Source: a virus. Taken from it: a stretch of 46,317 bases of DNA. The notes beneath the pieces were generated by a model that saw only the letters and a program-made list of their open reading frames with translations, was not told the origin of the DNA and searched no databases. Position numbers and translations under genes: made by a program. Of this stretch, positions 32,055 to 40,981 are shown one piece after another (positions within the stretch are counted from its first letter, which is position 1; each line of letters opens with the position of its first letter). The stretch is taken from positions 1-46,317 of IMG/VR virus record IMGVR_UViG_3300045988_083108. One strand, 5' to 3'.

Positions 32055-32462
32055 GTGGATATTAAAAATTATGAAATTGATATTCGTAAGTATCTTCTCT
32101 CGAAGCTGAAAGGCGAAGTTAGCGGCATTCGGGTTTATGCTGGTGCAAATACTGGCGACCCGCATTACCCAGCTGTTATTGTCACGCAGACAGACAGCAG
32201 TGCGCTAAGTTCCACTTATGATTCTGCCGGTTGGCATCATGTGCGTTATGCGTTTGATGTGAATGTATACACGCAAGGCGAGAATGACCGAGAAAATGCC
32301 GCTTCTATCGCAAATCTCGCGGCTAACGCAATGCAGGAATTGGGATTTCAAATGGATTCCCATGACCCAAATATTGGCGATAAGACGCAGAAATATCAAC
32401 GTGTAGTTATGCGTTTTACTGCCATCATTAACACTGAAACAGATACAACCTACAGGGGGTAA
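32055..32462 (+). CDS. Tail-completion candidate
   Basis: GTG start, RBS aaggaga; position. Confidence 0.45.
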   Translation: MDIKNYEIDIRKYLLSKLKGEVSGIRVYAGANTGDPHYPAVIVTQTDSSALSSTYDSAGWHHVRYAFDVNVYTQGENDRENAASIANLAANAMQELGFQMDSHDPNIGDKTQKYQRVVMRFTAIINTETDTTYRG

Positions 32463-32468
32463 AATTAA

Positions 32469-32888
32469 ATGGCTATTTCAAGCTATAACGTAGTTCTCAA
32501 AACCTCTGATACGGCTGCTGGCGCTTACACAGAACTGGTTGCCGTCAAGGACTTTCCTGACCTTGGCTCTGCCCCTGACACCATCGAAGTCACTACTCTG
32601 CGTGACAAGATGAAGCGGTACATTCAAGGTCTGCAAGATACTGGCAGTTTTGAGTTTACTTACAACTACACTAAGGCAGACTTCACAAAGGTAAAGGCTC
32701 TCGATGACAACGCACAGCATTTCTTTGAGCTGGATTTCGGCAATGACGGTGCTGGCGGTGAGGGTTCTTTCTACTTCTCCGGTCAGGTTTCTACTTATGT
32801 CTCTGGTGCTGGCACTGGCGCAGTTGTGGAAGCTAAGATTATCGTCACTTGCGATTCCGAGGTCAAGACCGAAAAGCCGTCTTCTTAA
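32469..32888 (+). CDS. Major tail protein
   Basis: YTELVAVKDFPDLGSAPDTIEVTTLRD pattern of TP901-1/phi13-type major tail proteins. Confidence 0.7.
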   Translation: MAISSYNVVLKTSDTAAGAYTELVAVKDFPDLGSAPDTIEVTTLRDKMKRYIQGLQDTGSFEFTYNYTKADFTKVKALDDNAQHFFELDFGNDGAGGEGSFYFSGQVSTYVSGAGTGAVVEAKIIVTCDSEVKTEKPSS

Positions 32889-33013
32889 CCAACAGCAAGG
32901 CGCTCTCCTGCGGAGTATGGGGAAATTCCCCTGCTCCGTGCCTTGCGCCCTTTGTTGGGCGAGGTGGGAGCGCCAAACTATAAAGCCTAACTCATAGTTA
33001 AAGGAGAGCAATT

Positions 33014-33334
33014 ATGAAAATTAACGGCAAAGACTTTTCCGTAATGGAAGTCACATTCAACCATGTTTGCGCACTTGAGGACATGGGCATCGACCTTGGC
33101 TCAAGTGGCAAAACTCTGTCTACGCTTCGCGCTTTCGTTGCGCTGGCTCTGGATGAGACTGTTGAGGAAGCTGGTGCTGACATTGAGAAGTACGTCGAGG
33201 AAGGGAACGACCTCAAGGAACTTGTCAGCGTTATGACTGAATCAATGGAGAAAAGCGGTTTTTTTCGCGCTCTCGCCAAGAAAGCAGACACGGGGAAAGC
33301 AACTGTGCAGAAAGTTCCCGAAAAGAAAGCGTAA
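33014..33334 (+). CDS. Tail assembly chaperone (gpG-like)
   Basis: Position between the major tail and tape-measure genes; acidic. Confidence 0.6.
   Translation: MKINGKDFSVMEVTFNHVCALEDMGIDLGSSGKTLSTLRAFVALALDETVEEAGADIEKYVEEGNDLKELVSVMTESMEKSGFFRALAKKADTGKATVQKVPEKKA
33259..33265 (+). promoter_or_regulatory. Candidate -1 programmed frameshift site T TTT TTT
   Basis: Seven T in the X XXY YYZ phase of the 33014 ORF; the -1 frame is open from 33241 into the 33346 ORF. Confidence 0.5.
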
Positions 33335-33345
33335 AATACAAAAAT

Positions 33346-33723
33346 ATGCGCGATGCCATCTATAAAGGGTGGCTACCGCAAGCATTGGCAATGGGGGTTG
33401 GGTATGACACATTCTGGTCGCTCAACCCCTTTTTGTTGCAACCTTTTTATGACGCTTTTAAGATAAAAACCGACCTGACGCTTGAAACGAACAATGTCTC
33501 CGCATGGCTTAACGGAGCGTATGTTCTTCGCGCTCTCGGTGCTTCTTTTGGCAAGACGGCATATCCAGACAAGCCCACAGAATTGAATTTGACTTCCAAG
33601 CCAGAGCAAGAAAAAACAGCTAGAATGAACGCGGATGCCGCTAAATTCTATGCTTGGTCTTTGGAGTGGAACAAGATGATTAAAGAAAAACATAAACGGG
33701 AGAGCGGTGAGATAAATGGCTGA
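33346..33723 (+). CDS. Tail assembly chaperone, frameshift-extension part (gpT-like)
   Basis: In the -1 frame relative to 33014-33334; no Shine-Dalgarno before ATG 33346. Confidence 0.55.
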   Translation: MRDAIYKGWLPQALAMGVGYDTFWSLNPFLLQPFYDAFKIKTDLTLETNNVSAWLNGAYVLRALGASFGKTAYPDKPTELNLTSKPEQEKTARMNADAAKFYAWSLEWNKMIKEKHKRESGEING

Positions 33724-36187
33724 TGACCTCGGTTTTGAAATTAACTCCGATGCTAGAGGTGCTATAAATGCTCTATCAGAACTTATGGATTCTCTTAGAG
33801 ATACAAGCAGAACACTACAAGACACGCTAAATGCAACTTCCCAAGGAAACATTGCGTCGTCAATCGCGGAGCAAGCAGAAGCCGCTCACGCAGCGTTAGA
33901 CGGTCTCGGACTTGATGAATTTGATTCTCAGGAAGCAAGACTTCAAAGCGCGGTTGCAAGCGCAAGCGCTGCATTTGAAAATCAAGCCGCAAAAATCAAC
34001 ATCCTCGCAGCAGAAATAGAACGCTTGGAATATCTGCAAGATGAAATTGATGATGACGATGATGCCGCTATGGATAGGAGCACTATTGCTTTAGCTAAAA
34101 AGCAGTTAGCGCTATCACAGGCACAGCAAAAGCTCGCTTCTTACGGCGTTCAACTTGAAGTTGCAAAACAGAAACTAGATGATTTTTACGATTCACAGGA
34201 AGAAGCAAATGATTCAGTTGAAGATATGGACGAGCCAGTAAAAAAGGCAACAAAAGAGAACAATACATTTCTTGCACAACTGGTTCGTTCTGTCAAAAAT
34301 ATCACATTCTATCGTATAGTTCGCGGCGTAATTAAGTCAATCACAAACGCTGCGAAAGAATCCGCAAACGCAATGGCCATTTGGTCGGAGCAATTTGACA
34401 CCGGTGCGACTGGTGCTATTGCCAGCTTCAATGACAACATTTCGTCCATTGCATCAAACTTGCTGTTTGCGCGTAATGCAATTATGGCGGCGGTAGAACC
34501 CATCATCTCCGCATTAACTCCCGCATTTAATATGCTTGCATCTGCTATCGCGAACGCATTTAATGTTCTTTCGCACTTCCTTTCCGCGCTAACTGGCCGT
34601 TCGTTCTATAACAAGGCAATTAAGAACAATGTCAACTACGCGAACTCTCTGAAATCTGGCAGCAAAGCTCAAAAAGCGTTTCTTGCTGGGTTTGACGAAC
34701 TCGAAGTTGTGCAAAGTTCGCAAGGCGGCGGCGCTGGCGGCACTCTTGGCGTTGACCCGTCTGCGATGTGGGAGCGTTCGGAAGTAGAAGATAGCATGAA
34801 GAGCCTGACAGAGCCGTTCCGTGCGGCACTAGATAGGATGCGTGCAATATGGGATGAACACTCCGAAGGTTTGAAGTCTGCCGCAGGTAATCTATGGCAA
34901 TCTATCGGAAATTTTGCAAAGACAGTCGATACATCGTTCTTTGAAAACTTCTTCGGAGAAGGCCGCATTGGTGCACTGCTGTTCAATGACGCATTGACGC
35001 ATCTTGAAGATACTATGAACGACCTATCAATCGTCATTAACAATATTATTGCTCCGTTCGCAAGCGGTTTTATTCAAGGATTCTCTGACGCTGCAACTGT
35101 GATTTACAAGTTTATAAGAGAAGCACTTGGCCCTGTTTATGACAAAATTCAAGATATTTTTGGCTTCATCGACGAGCACGGCGATACAATTTCTAAGATT
35201 TCGGAGAAAATTGGCTATGTTGCTGGCGTGATTGCAGCGGTTATTGCCGCAATTATGGCGGCTAAAGTTGCTATTTCTGCCGTTACGGTAGTTATCGGCG
35301 TGCTTACAAACCCTGTTGGTTTAGTTATCACCGCAATTGCTGCGCTTATTGCCATTTTCGTCAAGCTGTATGACGAAAACGAGGAATTTAGAAACTTCGT
35401 TGATGGCATCATTCAGTGGGCGAAAGAGATTATTCCTGGCATTATCCAAGGAATCCAAGACGCTTGGGCTGGATTTAAGCAGTGGTGGAAAGAAAAGTGG
35501 AATAGCGTCATTGACTGGTTTAAGGACATTTTCGGAATCCATTCTCCGTCCACTGTCTTTAAGGGCTTTGGCGAAAACATTGTCCAAGGTTTGACTAATG
35601 GCATTAACGGATTCATTGAAAAAGTCCGTAGCGCAATTAGAAAAGTCAAGGAAGCGCTCGACCTTTCCAAGATGAAAGAAACTGCCAAGGGCTGGGGTTC
35701 TGACTTTGTGCAGGGTTTGTCTGATGGTATCAGAAGGGCAAAGGAATTGGCAAAGAGCGCCGCTGACGCAGTTGCCCAAGGCATTGCATCTGTGCTTCAC
35801 TTCTCGCGTCCTGACGAGGGCGTTCTTCGCGATTACGAGAAGTGGATGCCGGATTTTATGCGCGGTCTTGCAAATGGTATTGACACTAACGCAGACTTGG
35901 TATATTCTAGTGTTAATAACCTTGCTTCTGGCATGAAGTCTGCAATGACAGTACCTATGCTCGGCGTAGGAAGCGTTTCTGGGCAGTTCGGCAACGACAT
36001 GGGTTCTTTCACGCAAGCACAAATGGACGCGAATGCAAGCCTTGCAGATGTGTTCTGGCAAGGGTGCATGGCTGTTGTTCAAGCAATCAATGACAATCAA
36101 CTCGAAGTTAGCATTGGCGATGATGTGATTGGCAAGGCGGCTTCCAGATACAATCGCAAACAAGCAGTAATCAATGGGGGTGCATAA
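33716..36187 (+). CDS. Tape measure protein
   Basis: 823 aa; helical, with hydrophobic central segments; position. Confidence 0.85.
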   Translation: MADDLGFEINSDARGAINALSELMDSLRDTSRTLQDTLNATSQGNIASSIAEQAEAAHAALDGLGLDEFDSQEARLQSAVASASAAFENQAAKINILAAEIERLEYLQDEIDDDDDAAMDRSTIALAKKQLALSQAQQKLASYGVQLEVAKQKLDDFYDSQEEANDSVEDMDEPVKKATKENNTFLAQLVRSVKNITFYRIVRGVIKSITNAAKESANAMAIWSEQFDTGATGAIASFNDNISSIASNLLFARNAIMAAVEPIISALTPAFNMLASAIANAFNVLSHFLSALTGRSFYNKAIKNNVNYANSLKSGSKAQKAFLAGFDELEVVQSSQGGGAGGTLGVDPSAMWERSEVEDSMKSLTEPFRAALDRMRAIWDEHSEGLKSAAGNLWQSIGNFAKTVDTSFFENFFGEGRIGALLFNDALTHLEDTMNDLSIVINNIIAPFASGFIQGFSDAATVIYKFIREALGPVYDKIQDIFGFIDEHGDTISKISEKIGYVAGVIAAVIAAIMAAKVAISAVTVVIGVLTNPVGLVITAIAALIAIFVKLYDENEEFRNFVDGIIQWAKEIIPGIIQGIQDAWAGFKQWWKEKWNSVIDWFKDIFGIHSPSTVFKGFGENIVQGLTNGINGFIEKVRSAIRKVKEALDLSKMKETAKGWGSDFVQGLSDGIRRAKELAKSAADAVAQGIASVLHFSRPDEGVLRDYEKWMPDFMRGLANGIDTNADLVYSSVNNLASGMKSAMTVPMLGVGSVSGQFGNDMGSFTQAQMDANASLADVFWQGCMAVVQAINDNQLEVSIGDDVIGKAASRYNRKQAVINGGA

Positions 36188-36189
36188 CA

Positions 36190-36588
36190 ATGGCAAGTCC
36201 GCTTGACAGACCGCTGTCAACGCAATTTTTCGTTGATGGAACGCCCCTGTATGAGCCTGATGCTGACGGCGGCATTCAGATGGAATGGAACTCCATTGCC
36301 GCAGAGGGGTCTGGTCGCACACAAGATGGAGTTATGCACATCGAGTGGGTCAAACGGAGAATCCCTAAAGCGAAGTTCTCTTACAAGGCTGTTACTAAAG
36401 AGCAGTTAGCTTACATGAATAACCTTGTTCAAGGCAAGACGTTCCAGTTTACTTGCCCGAAAGAGAACGGAACTTTGGAGACGTTTGAAGCATATTGCTC
36501 CACTTCAAGCGGTTCTTCTTACAGCACATATTTTTACAATGGGCTGTATAGGGATTTTAAGTTTGACATTATCGGCACAGGAGCGTAA
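36190..36588 (+). CDS. Distal tail protein-like (short)
   Basis: Position directly after the tape-measure gene. Confidence 0.45.
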   Translation: MASPLDRPLSTQFFVDGTPLYEPDADGGIQMEWNSIAAEGSGRTQDGVMHIEWVKRRIPKAKFSYKAVTKEQLAYMNNLVQGKTFQFTCPKENGTLETFEAYCSTSSGSSYSTYFYNGLYRDFKFDIIGTGA

Positions 36589-36619
36589 AATAAGAATAAC
36601 AAGAACGGTGGTGTTTTAG

Positions 36620-38449
36620 ATGTTTCAAGATAAGTTTGTTTTAGCGGACGGAACAGCGCTTCAAAGCAACATTGTTGGCGTTGACTGGACTACTTCATCA
36701 AACTCTGACAGTGACATCGCACCCGGTTCTGTGTGCGCGAGCGCTGTTGAGATTGAGTTTTGGGTCAATTCCGACAGCGCTCTTAGCGTAACGCAAGGAA
36801 CGGTATTGACATATTACAAGGTTTACAAGGCCGATAACGAACTTGACATAGAAACAAAAATTGGCGTTTTTACATGCGACAAGCCAGAAAAGACAGGTTC
36901 AAACAAGTATAAAGTGACGGCCTATGATAACGTCTCGCTGCTTGATGTTGATGTCACAGAATGGCTCAATGCGCTTACTTTTCCAATCACAATTAAAGAC
37001 TTCGCAACGGCGCTTGCCGCTAAGTGCGAGTTGGAGCTTGCGAACGAACCTCGTCTGAATAAAGACTACCAAATTCAGAAGTTCACTGGTTCTGGCGTTA
37101 ATGCTAGAGACTTGATGAAAATGGTGTGTTCTGCGTCCGGCTGCTTCTGCAATGCAGATGCTAATGGCAAACTTTTATTTGACTGGTACAAGAAAAACGA
37201 TAGAGTAATAATTTCTCCCAAAAAGAGCATTAACGAAAAGTCTTTCCATCTGTTTGATGTAGTTAATAGAAGTCTGCAAGACAATGTTCATCGCGTGCTT
37301 ATTTCTGCAAAATCAGGTAGCGACACGCCTGATGGAATCCCTTACTTTGCGAATCAGTTGACTTTCTCGGACTTCGTTGTAAAGGCTATTGATAAAGTAC
37401 AAGTTAGGCAATCTGATGATGATGTCGGCGTTATTTATCCGGCTGACGAGCAAGGCACTAACGCACTTGTCATTCAAGGTAATCAGCTTCTTTCAACAAC
37501 TTCCGATGCGGCACTACGTCCGTATGTCAAGAATCTGTACGATGGTCTGAATAACATTACCTATGTTCCCTGTTCAAATATTCAGACACCGGAGACACTT
37601 GAAATCAAGGTTGGCGATATTGTAACCGTAAGTGACGGGAAAAATGAGTTCGACACTTGGATTACAAGTGTAAAGCACAGTGGCGGTAAATGCACTTTTG
37701 AGAGCGTTGGTAATGCTAACCGCAACACGACTACTGCTGTGAATAACGTCAAATACAACTCGAAGCAAAGGATTCTTAAAATCTCTGCAACGGTTGATGG
37801 CCTTGCCGTAAAGGCTGAACAAACAGCGCAAGACATCAGTGGACTAAGTTCACAATACACGCAACTAAAACAAACTTTTGACAAGTTTGAAGTGACAGCC
37901 GTTACAGATGGAAATGTTCGCTCTAAGTTCGCACTTGATTCAAGTAATTGTACAATCACGAGCGGTATTATTACATTCAATTCAAACTCTCTTGTTGTAA
38001 ACAGTGATAACTTTAAATTAACGCAAAATGGAACTGTCACAGCAACTGGGTATTTCACATCAAAAACAGATTCAAACTCTGTTATTTTGGGAAACGGACA
38101 TGTTTCAATAGAAAGGAAACTGGGTGACGGAAGTTGGAGACGCGCTGCAACGCTAATCGGATACGGAAGCAATGACGCGCAAGCTCAACTCCAAATGTAT
38201 GCAAATAACAGCTTGCAAGTTTTAATGCAGTCATCTTTTACAGGTAGTGAACTGTATATGTATCATGCAAGTAATGTTGTGCATACAGAAATAAAATCCG
38301 TAAACGGCGCTGGTTCAATTTGGCTTCGCTATTCAGACGGAAGAAGTTTGTTTCATGTGTACAATGACCCAAATACGGGTCGTCCTCATGTTGTATTTGA
38401 CGGAGAGCTTGAGTGCAAGTCGATAAAAAGAAACGGTCAGCCTATTTAA
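36620..38449 (+). CDS. Tail-associated (Tal/baseplate hub-like) protein
   Basis: 609 aa; position. Confidence 0.55.
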   Translation: MFQDKFVLADGTALQSNIVGVDWTTSSNSDSDIAPGSVCASAVEIEFWVNSDSALSVTQGTVLTYYKVYKADNELDIETKIGVFTCDKPEKTGSNKYKVTAYDNVSLLDVDVTEWLNALTFPITIKDFATALAAKCELELANEPRLNKDYQIQKFTGSGVNARDLMKMVCSASGCFCNADANGKLLFDWYKKNDRVIISPKKSINEKSFHLFDVVNRSLQDNVHRVLISAKSGSDTPDGIPYFANQLTFSDFVVKAIDKVQVRQSDDDVGVIYPADEQGTNALVIQGNQLLSTTSDAALRPYVKNLYDGLNNITYVPCSNIQTPETLEIKVGDIVTVSDGKNEFDTWITSVKHSGGKCTFESVGNANRNTTTAVNNVKYNSKQRILKISATVDGLAVKAEQTAQDISGLSSQYTQLKQTFDKFEVTAVTDGNVRSKFALDSSNCTITSGIITFNSNSLVVNSDNFKLTQNGTVTATGYFTSKTDSNSVILGNGHVSIERKLGDGSWRRAATLIGYGSNDAQAQLQMYANNSLQVLMQSSFTGSELYMYHASNVVHTEIKSVNGAGSIWLRYSDGRSLFHVYNDPNTGRPHVVFDGELECKSIKRNGQPI

Positions 38450-38471
38450 ACTTAGACAAGGAGAGACTATT

Positions 38472-38723
38472 ATGTCTGATAACGAACTCATTATTCAGCT
38501 TCAAACCAATGTTCTGAACGCAATAAATTCTTCACAGATGCCGCTTATGGTAAAGTCCTTGGTTGTAGAAAATGCTCTTTTGAAACTTAACGCAGAGTTA
38601 AAGAATGAGCAAATCGCAAACCTGCAAGCTAACCAAGAAGTGAATTTGCACGTAGATACGTTGGAAATGAACACAGGCACGAAAGACAAACAAGCAGAAG
38701 CAGAAGAAGCAGAAAAGGAGTGA
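38472..38723 (+). CDS. Hypothetical protein
   Basis: ORF, RBS aaggagag. Confidence 0.6.
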   Translation: MSDNELIIQLQTNVLNAINSSQMPLMVKSLVVENALLKLNAELKNEQIANLQANQEVNLHVDTLEMNTGTKDKQAEAEEAEKE

Positions 38724-38728
38724 TTTTC

Positions 38729-39382
38729 ATGCTTTTTGACGGTAGAAATAGAATCCGTTTCCCGTACTCGCGTTATGGCTATACGCGAGGGAACGGCAAG
38801 GTCTGGCACGGTGGCGCTGATGTTGACGGCCTTGACGATTCAATTATTCACTTTCCGCGATATGCAGACAAGAGCATTTCCGGCACAGTAGTGACGGCAA
38901 GAATTGTCACAGACAAGCGAAACAGGACATGGGAATGGGGCTATTATGTCTGCGTTAAGCTGGACGCGAACCAAACGCCCGATGTTGTGAACTACCTTTA
39001 TTTTTGCCATTGCGAGAAACTCTTGGTTAAGGTCGGGCAGAAAGTTAAAAGTGGAGACCCGATTGCCGTTATGGGAAACACTGGAAATGCGGCACTTGCC
39101 AACCCGCCTTTCAAGCATTGCCACTTTGAGGTTCGCGCATCTGCCACTGGCAAAGGTCTTGACCCTACAAAATACATCGGCTTTGCGAATGCTGTCGGCG
39201 TATATGATTCGGAAGTAGAGGTAGAAAAGAACGACATCCCAGAAGTAAACGAGCCAAAGTACAAGTTACAGATGATTACCATTGGCCCTGTTTCACAAGG
39301 CGATGCAGATAAAATCTACGCCACAGCAAAAGAACTATGTTTAACAGAACAAGGGCTTTACAAATCTGAATGGGTAGAGTAA
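38729..39382 (+). CDS. M23 family metallopeptidase with the C-terminal 43-aa duplicated module
   Basis: WHGGADVD (HxxxD) and HCHFEV (HxH) motifs; start moved to ATG 38729; module at 39251-39382. Confidence 0.75.
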   Translation: MLFDGRNRIRFPYSRYGYTRGNGKVWHGGADVDGLDDSIIHFPRYADKSISGTVVTARIVTDKRNRTWEWGYYVCVKLDANQTPDVVNYLYFCHCEKLLVKVGQKVKSGDPIAVMGNTGNAALANPPFKHCHFEVRASATGKGLDPTKYIGFANAVGVYDSEVEVEKNDIPEVNEPKYKLQMITIGPVSQGDADKIYATAKELCLTEQGLYKSEWVE

Positions 39383-39457
39383 AATGAACGTAATAGCATT
39401 AAGCTGTTGCTTCGTTATTGGTGCAGCACTATTTATTATTAGGGGTGGTGAGACTGA

Positions 39458-39832
39458 ATGCCCGAAGGTTATCAATTAAAATATTCTGGTGAAAAGATTG
39501 ACACGCTTCTCGAAAAAATTGACGGTATCAAAGACCAGTTTAAGACAGTCACCGCTACATTTACCGTGGATGGCTGGACGGCGGAAAACGGCAAGTACAC
39601 GCAGAGTAAGACTGTCACAAACAGTAAGACATTTACGATTAAAAACGTTCTGCCACCTTTGACAACGCAGACGGGCAACGCCAACACAGATGCCACAAAG
39701 CGCCGCAATCTTGGAACGATTGCTAGGGGAACAACAGAGTTTACAGTGACGGCAAGCAACATCACGGTAAAAATCACCGCCGACACTAAGCCTGACTGCG
39801 ACTTGGACGTTACGTGGCACTTAGAGGTGTGA
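39458..39832 (+). CDS. Hypothetical beta-rich tail-accessory protein
   Basis: ORF, RBS aggggtggtga. Confidence 0.6.
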   Translation: MPEGYQLKYSGEKIDTLLEKIDGIKDQFKTVTATFTVDGWTAENGKYTQSKTVTNSKTFTIKNVLPPLTTQTGNANTDATKRRNLGTIARGTTEFTVTASNITVKITADTKPDCDLDVTWHLEV

Positions 39833-39834
39833 AC

Positions 39835-40254
39835 ATGAAAATTTACGATGCAACACTTGAGCACGAGTTGCAAAACCCCGACATGACGCTCGGCAAGTTA
39901 GAAACTGCGAAACGTGTCACGGTGCATCACGAAGCTGTACCCGCATCCGTGCGGTATGAAGTAATGACAAGAACGGTCACTGCCGATTTCCCAGATGGGC
40001 TTCGGCAGGAAATCACAACTCCAGCACAGGACGCATGGGACGAGTACGAAGAAGTGCATCGGTATGTGCCGTACACCGATGCGGAACTTGCGGATATTGC
40101 AGAAAAGGCACAAGCAGAAAAAGATGCCGCCGATGCTGCCGCCAAGGCTTCCGAGCAAGCCGCCAAAGAGGAAGAAGCGCGCCGCGATGCCGCCGAAAAA
40201 CTTAATGCGCAGGTAACATACACTGCAATGATGACAGGCACAATGATTCCCTAG
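39835..40254 (+). CDS. Hypothetical protein (XkdW-like position)
   Basis: Start moved to ATG 39835; lies directly before the XkdX-like gene. Confidence 0.5.
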   Translation: MKIYDATLEHELQNPDMTLGKLETAKRVTVHHEAVPASVRYEVMTRTVTADFPDGLRQEITTPAQDAWDEYEEVHRYVPYTDAELADIAEKAQAEKDAADAAAKASEQAAKEEEARRDAAEKLNAQVTYTAMMTGTMIP

Positions 40255-40264
40255 GAGAACTGAA

Positions 40265-40396
40265 ATGTACGAAAAAATTAAACTTTGGCATAAAAAAGGC
40301 TGGTGGACAGAATCTATGGTTGCTCAAGCCGTCAGGAAGGGGCTGATTACCAAAGAACAGTACAAAGCCATTGTGGAAGGGACAGAAAATGAGTAA
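40265..40396 (+). CDS. xkdX: XkdX family protein, 43 aa
   Basis: Hand-translated [43 protein letters not shown]; RBS aggaga; matches the XkdX pattern. Confidence 0.7.
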   Translation: MYEKIKLWHKKGWWTESMVAQAVRKGLITKEQYKAIVEGTENE

Positions 40397-40820
40397 TTTT
40401 ATGGGAGTGGGGATGCAAGAACTCCCCATTGGGTATATTTTTGAATTTGACCCAACTGGAATCTCAGATGCACCAGATTTAAGCACGCCAGAAAAAGTGC
40501 ACAATTATTTTGGTTATGGCACGTGGGAACGGTACGGAACTGACAGGGTGACGGTTGGCGCTGGCGGAGAGTATAATGCGGGTAGTATTGGCGGTGAGAA
40601 GGAGCATACACTGAATATTGCAGAGATGCCGTCCCATCAGCATCAGCTCCACGGATGGGCAATCAGCTTGGCATCCAGCGCATCAACGCAATATGCACCA
40701 ACTCACCCCTACGACAAGTACGACAACACAAATCTTACGACCCGTCCAGTGGGTGGAGGTCAGCCTCACAATAATATGCAGCCATACATCGGCACTTACC
40801 GTTACCGCCGCATTGCGTGA
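40389..40820 (+). CDS. Phage tail-collar domain protein
   Basis: [18 protein letters not shown] and [12 protein letters not shown] motifs; start moved to ATG 40389. Confidence 0.7.
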   Translation: MSNFMGVGMQELPIGYIFEFDPTGISDAPDLSTPEKVHNYFGYGTWERYGTDRVTVGAGGEYNAGSIGGEKEHTLNIAEMPSHQHQLHGWAISLASSASTQYAPTHPYDKYDNTNLTTRPVGGGQPHNNMQPYIGTYRYRRIA

Positions 40821-40821
40821 A

Positions 40822-40980
40822 ATGAGAACCGCTAACAAAGAAGTTGATGAGCCTAAGTCCAAGTTACAGCTAATCTCTGTCGGGCCGGTTTCGCAGGGTG
40901 ACGCTGATAAAATTTATAGTCTCTGCAAGGAACTTGGCCTTGTGGAGAAAAATCTCTATAAATCCGAGTGGGTGGAATAA
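40822..40980 (+). CDS. 52-aa protein consisting of the duplicated module alone
   Basis: ATG lies 1 nt after the collar-gene TGA. Residues 10-52 share 32/43 identities with the M23 C-terminus by hand alignment. Confidence 0.5.
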   Translation: MRTANKEVDEPKSKLQLISVGPVSQGDADKIYSLCKELGLVEKNLYKSEWVE

Positions 40981-40981
40981 G

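Noticed and set aside
33292-33299. GGGGAAAG near the end of the gpG-like ORF as the frameshift heptamer
   Set aside because: In the zero frame the codons are acg ggg aaa gca, so the A-site codon AAA would re-pair with GAA after a -1 slip. The T7 run at 33259-33265 is in the correct phase and was preferred.
40818-40824. An RF2-type +1 frameshift at the collar-gene stop (gcg tga a) fusing it to the duplicated module
   Set aside because: The P-site codon GCG cannot re-pair in the +1 frame (CGT) and there is no upstream SD-like stimulator. Termination followed by re-initiation at ATG 40822 is simpler. The idea is kept only as an alternative in the corresponding finding.
39251-40980. The duplicated 130-nt segment as a DGR template/variable repeat pair
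   Set aside because: No reverse transcriptase is encoded. The nucleotide differences between the copies are spread over all four bases rather than being adenine-specific.
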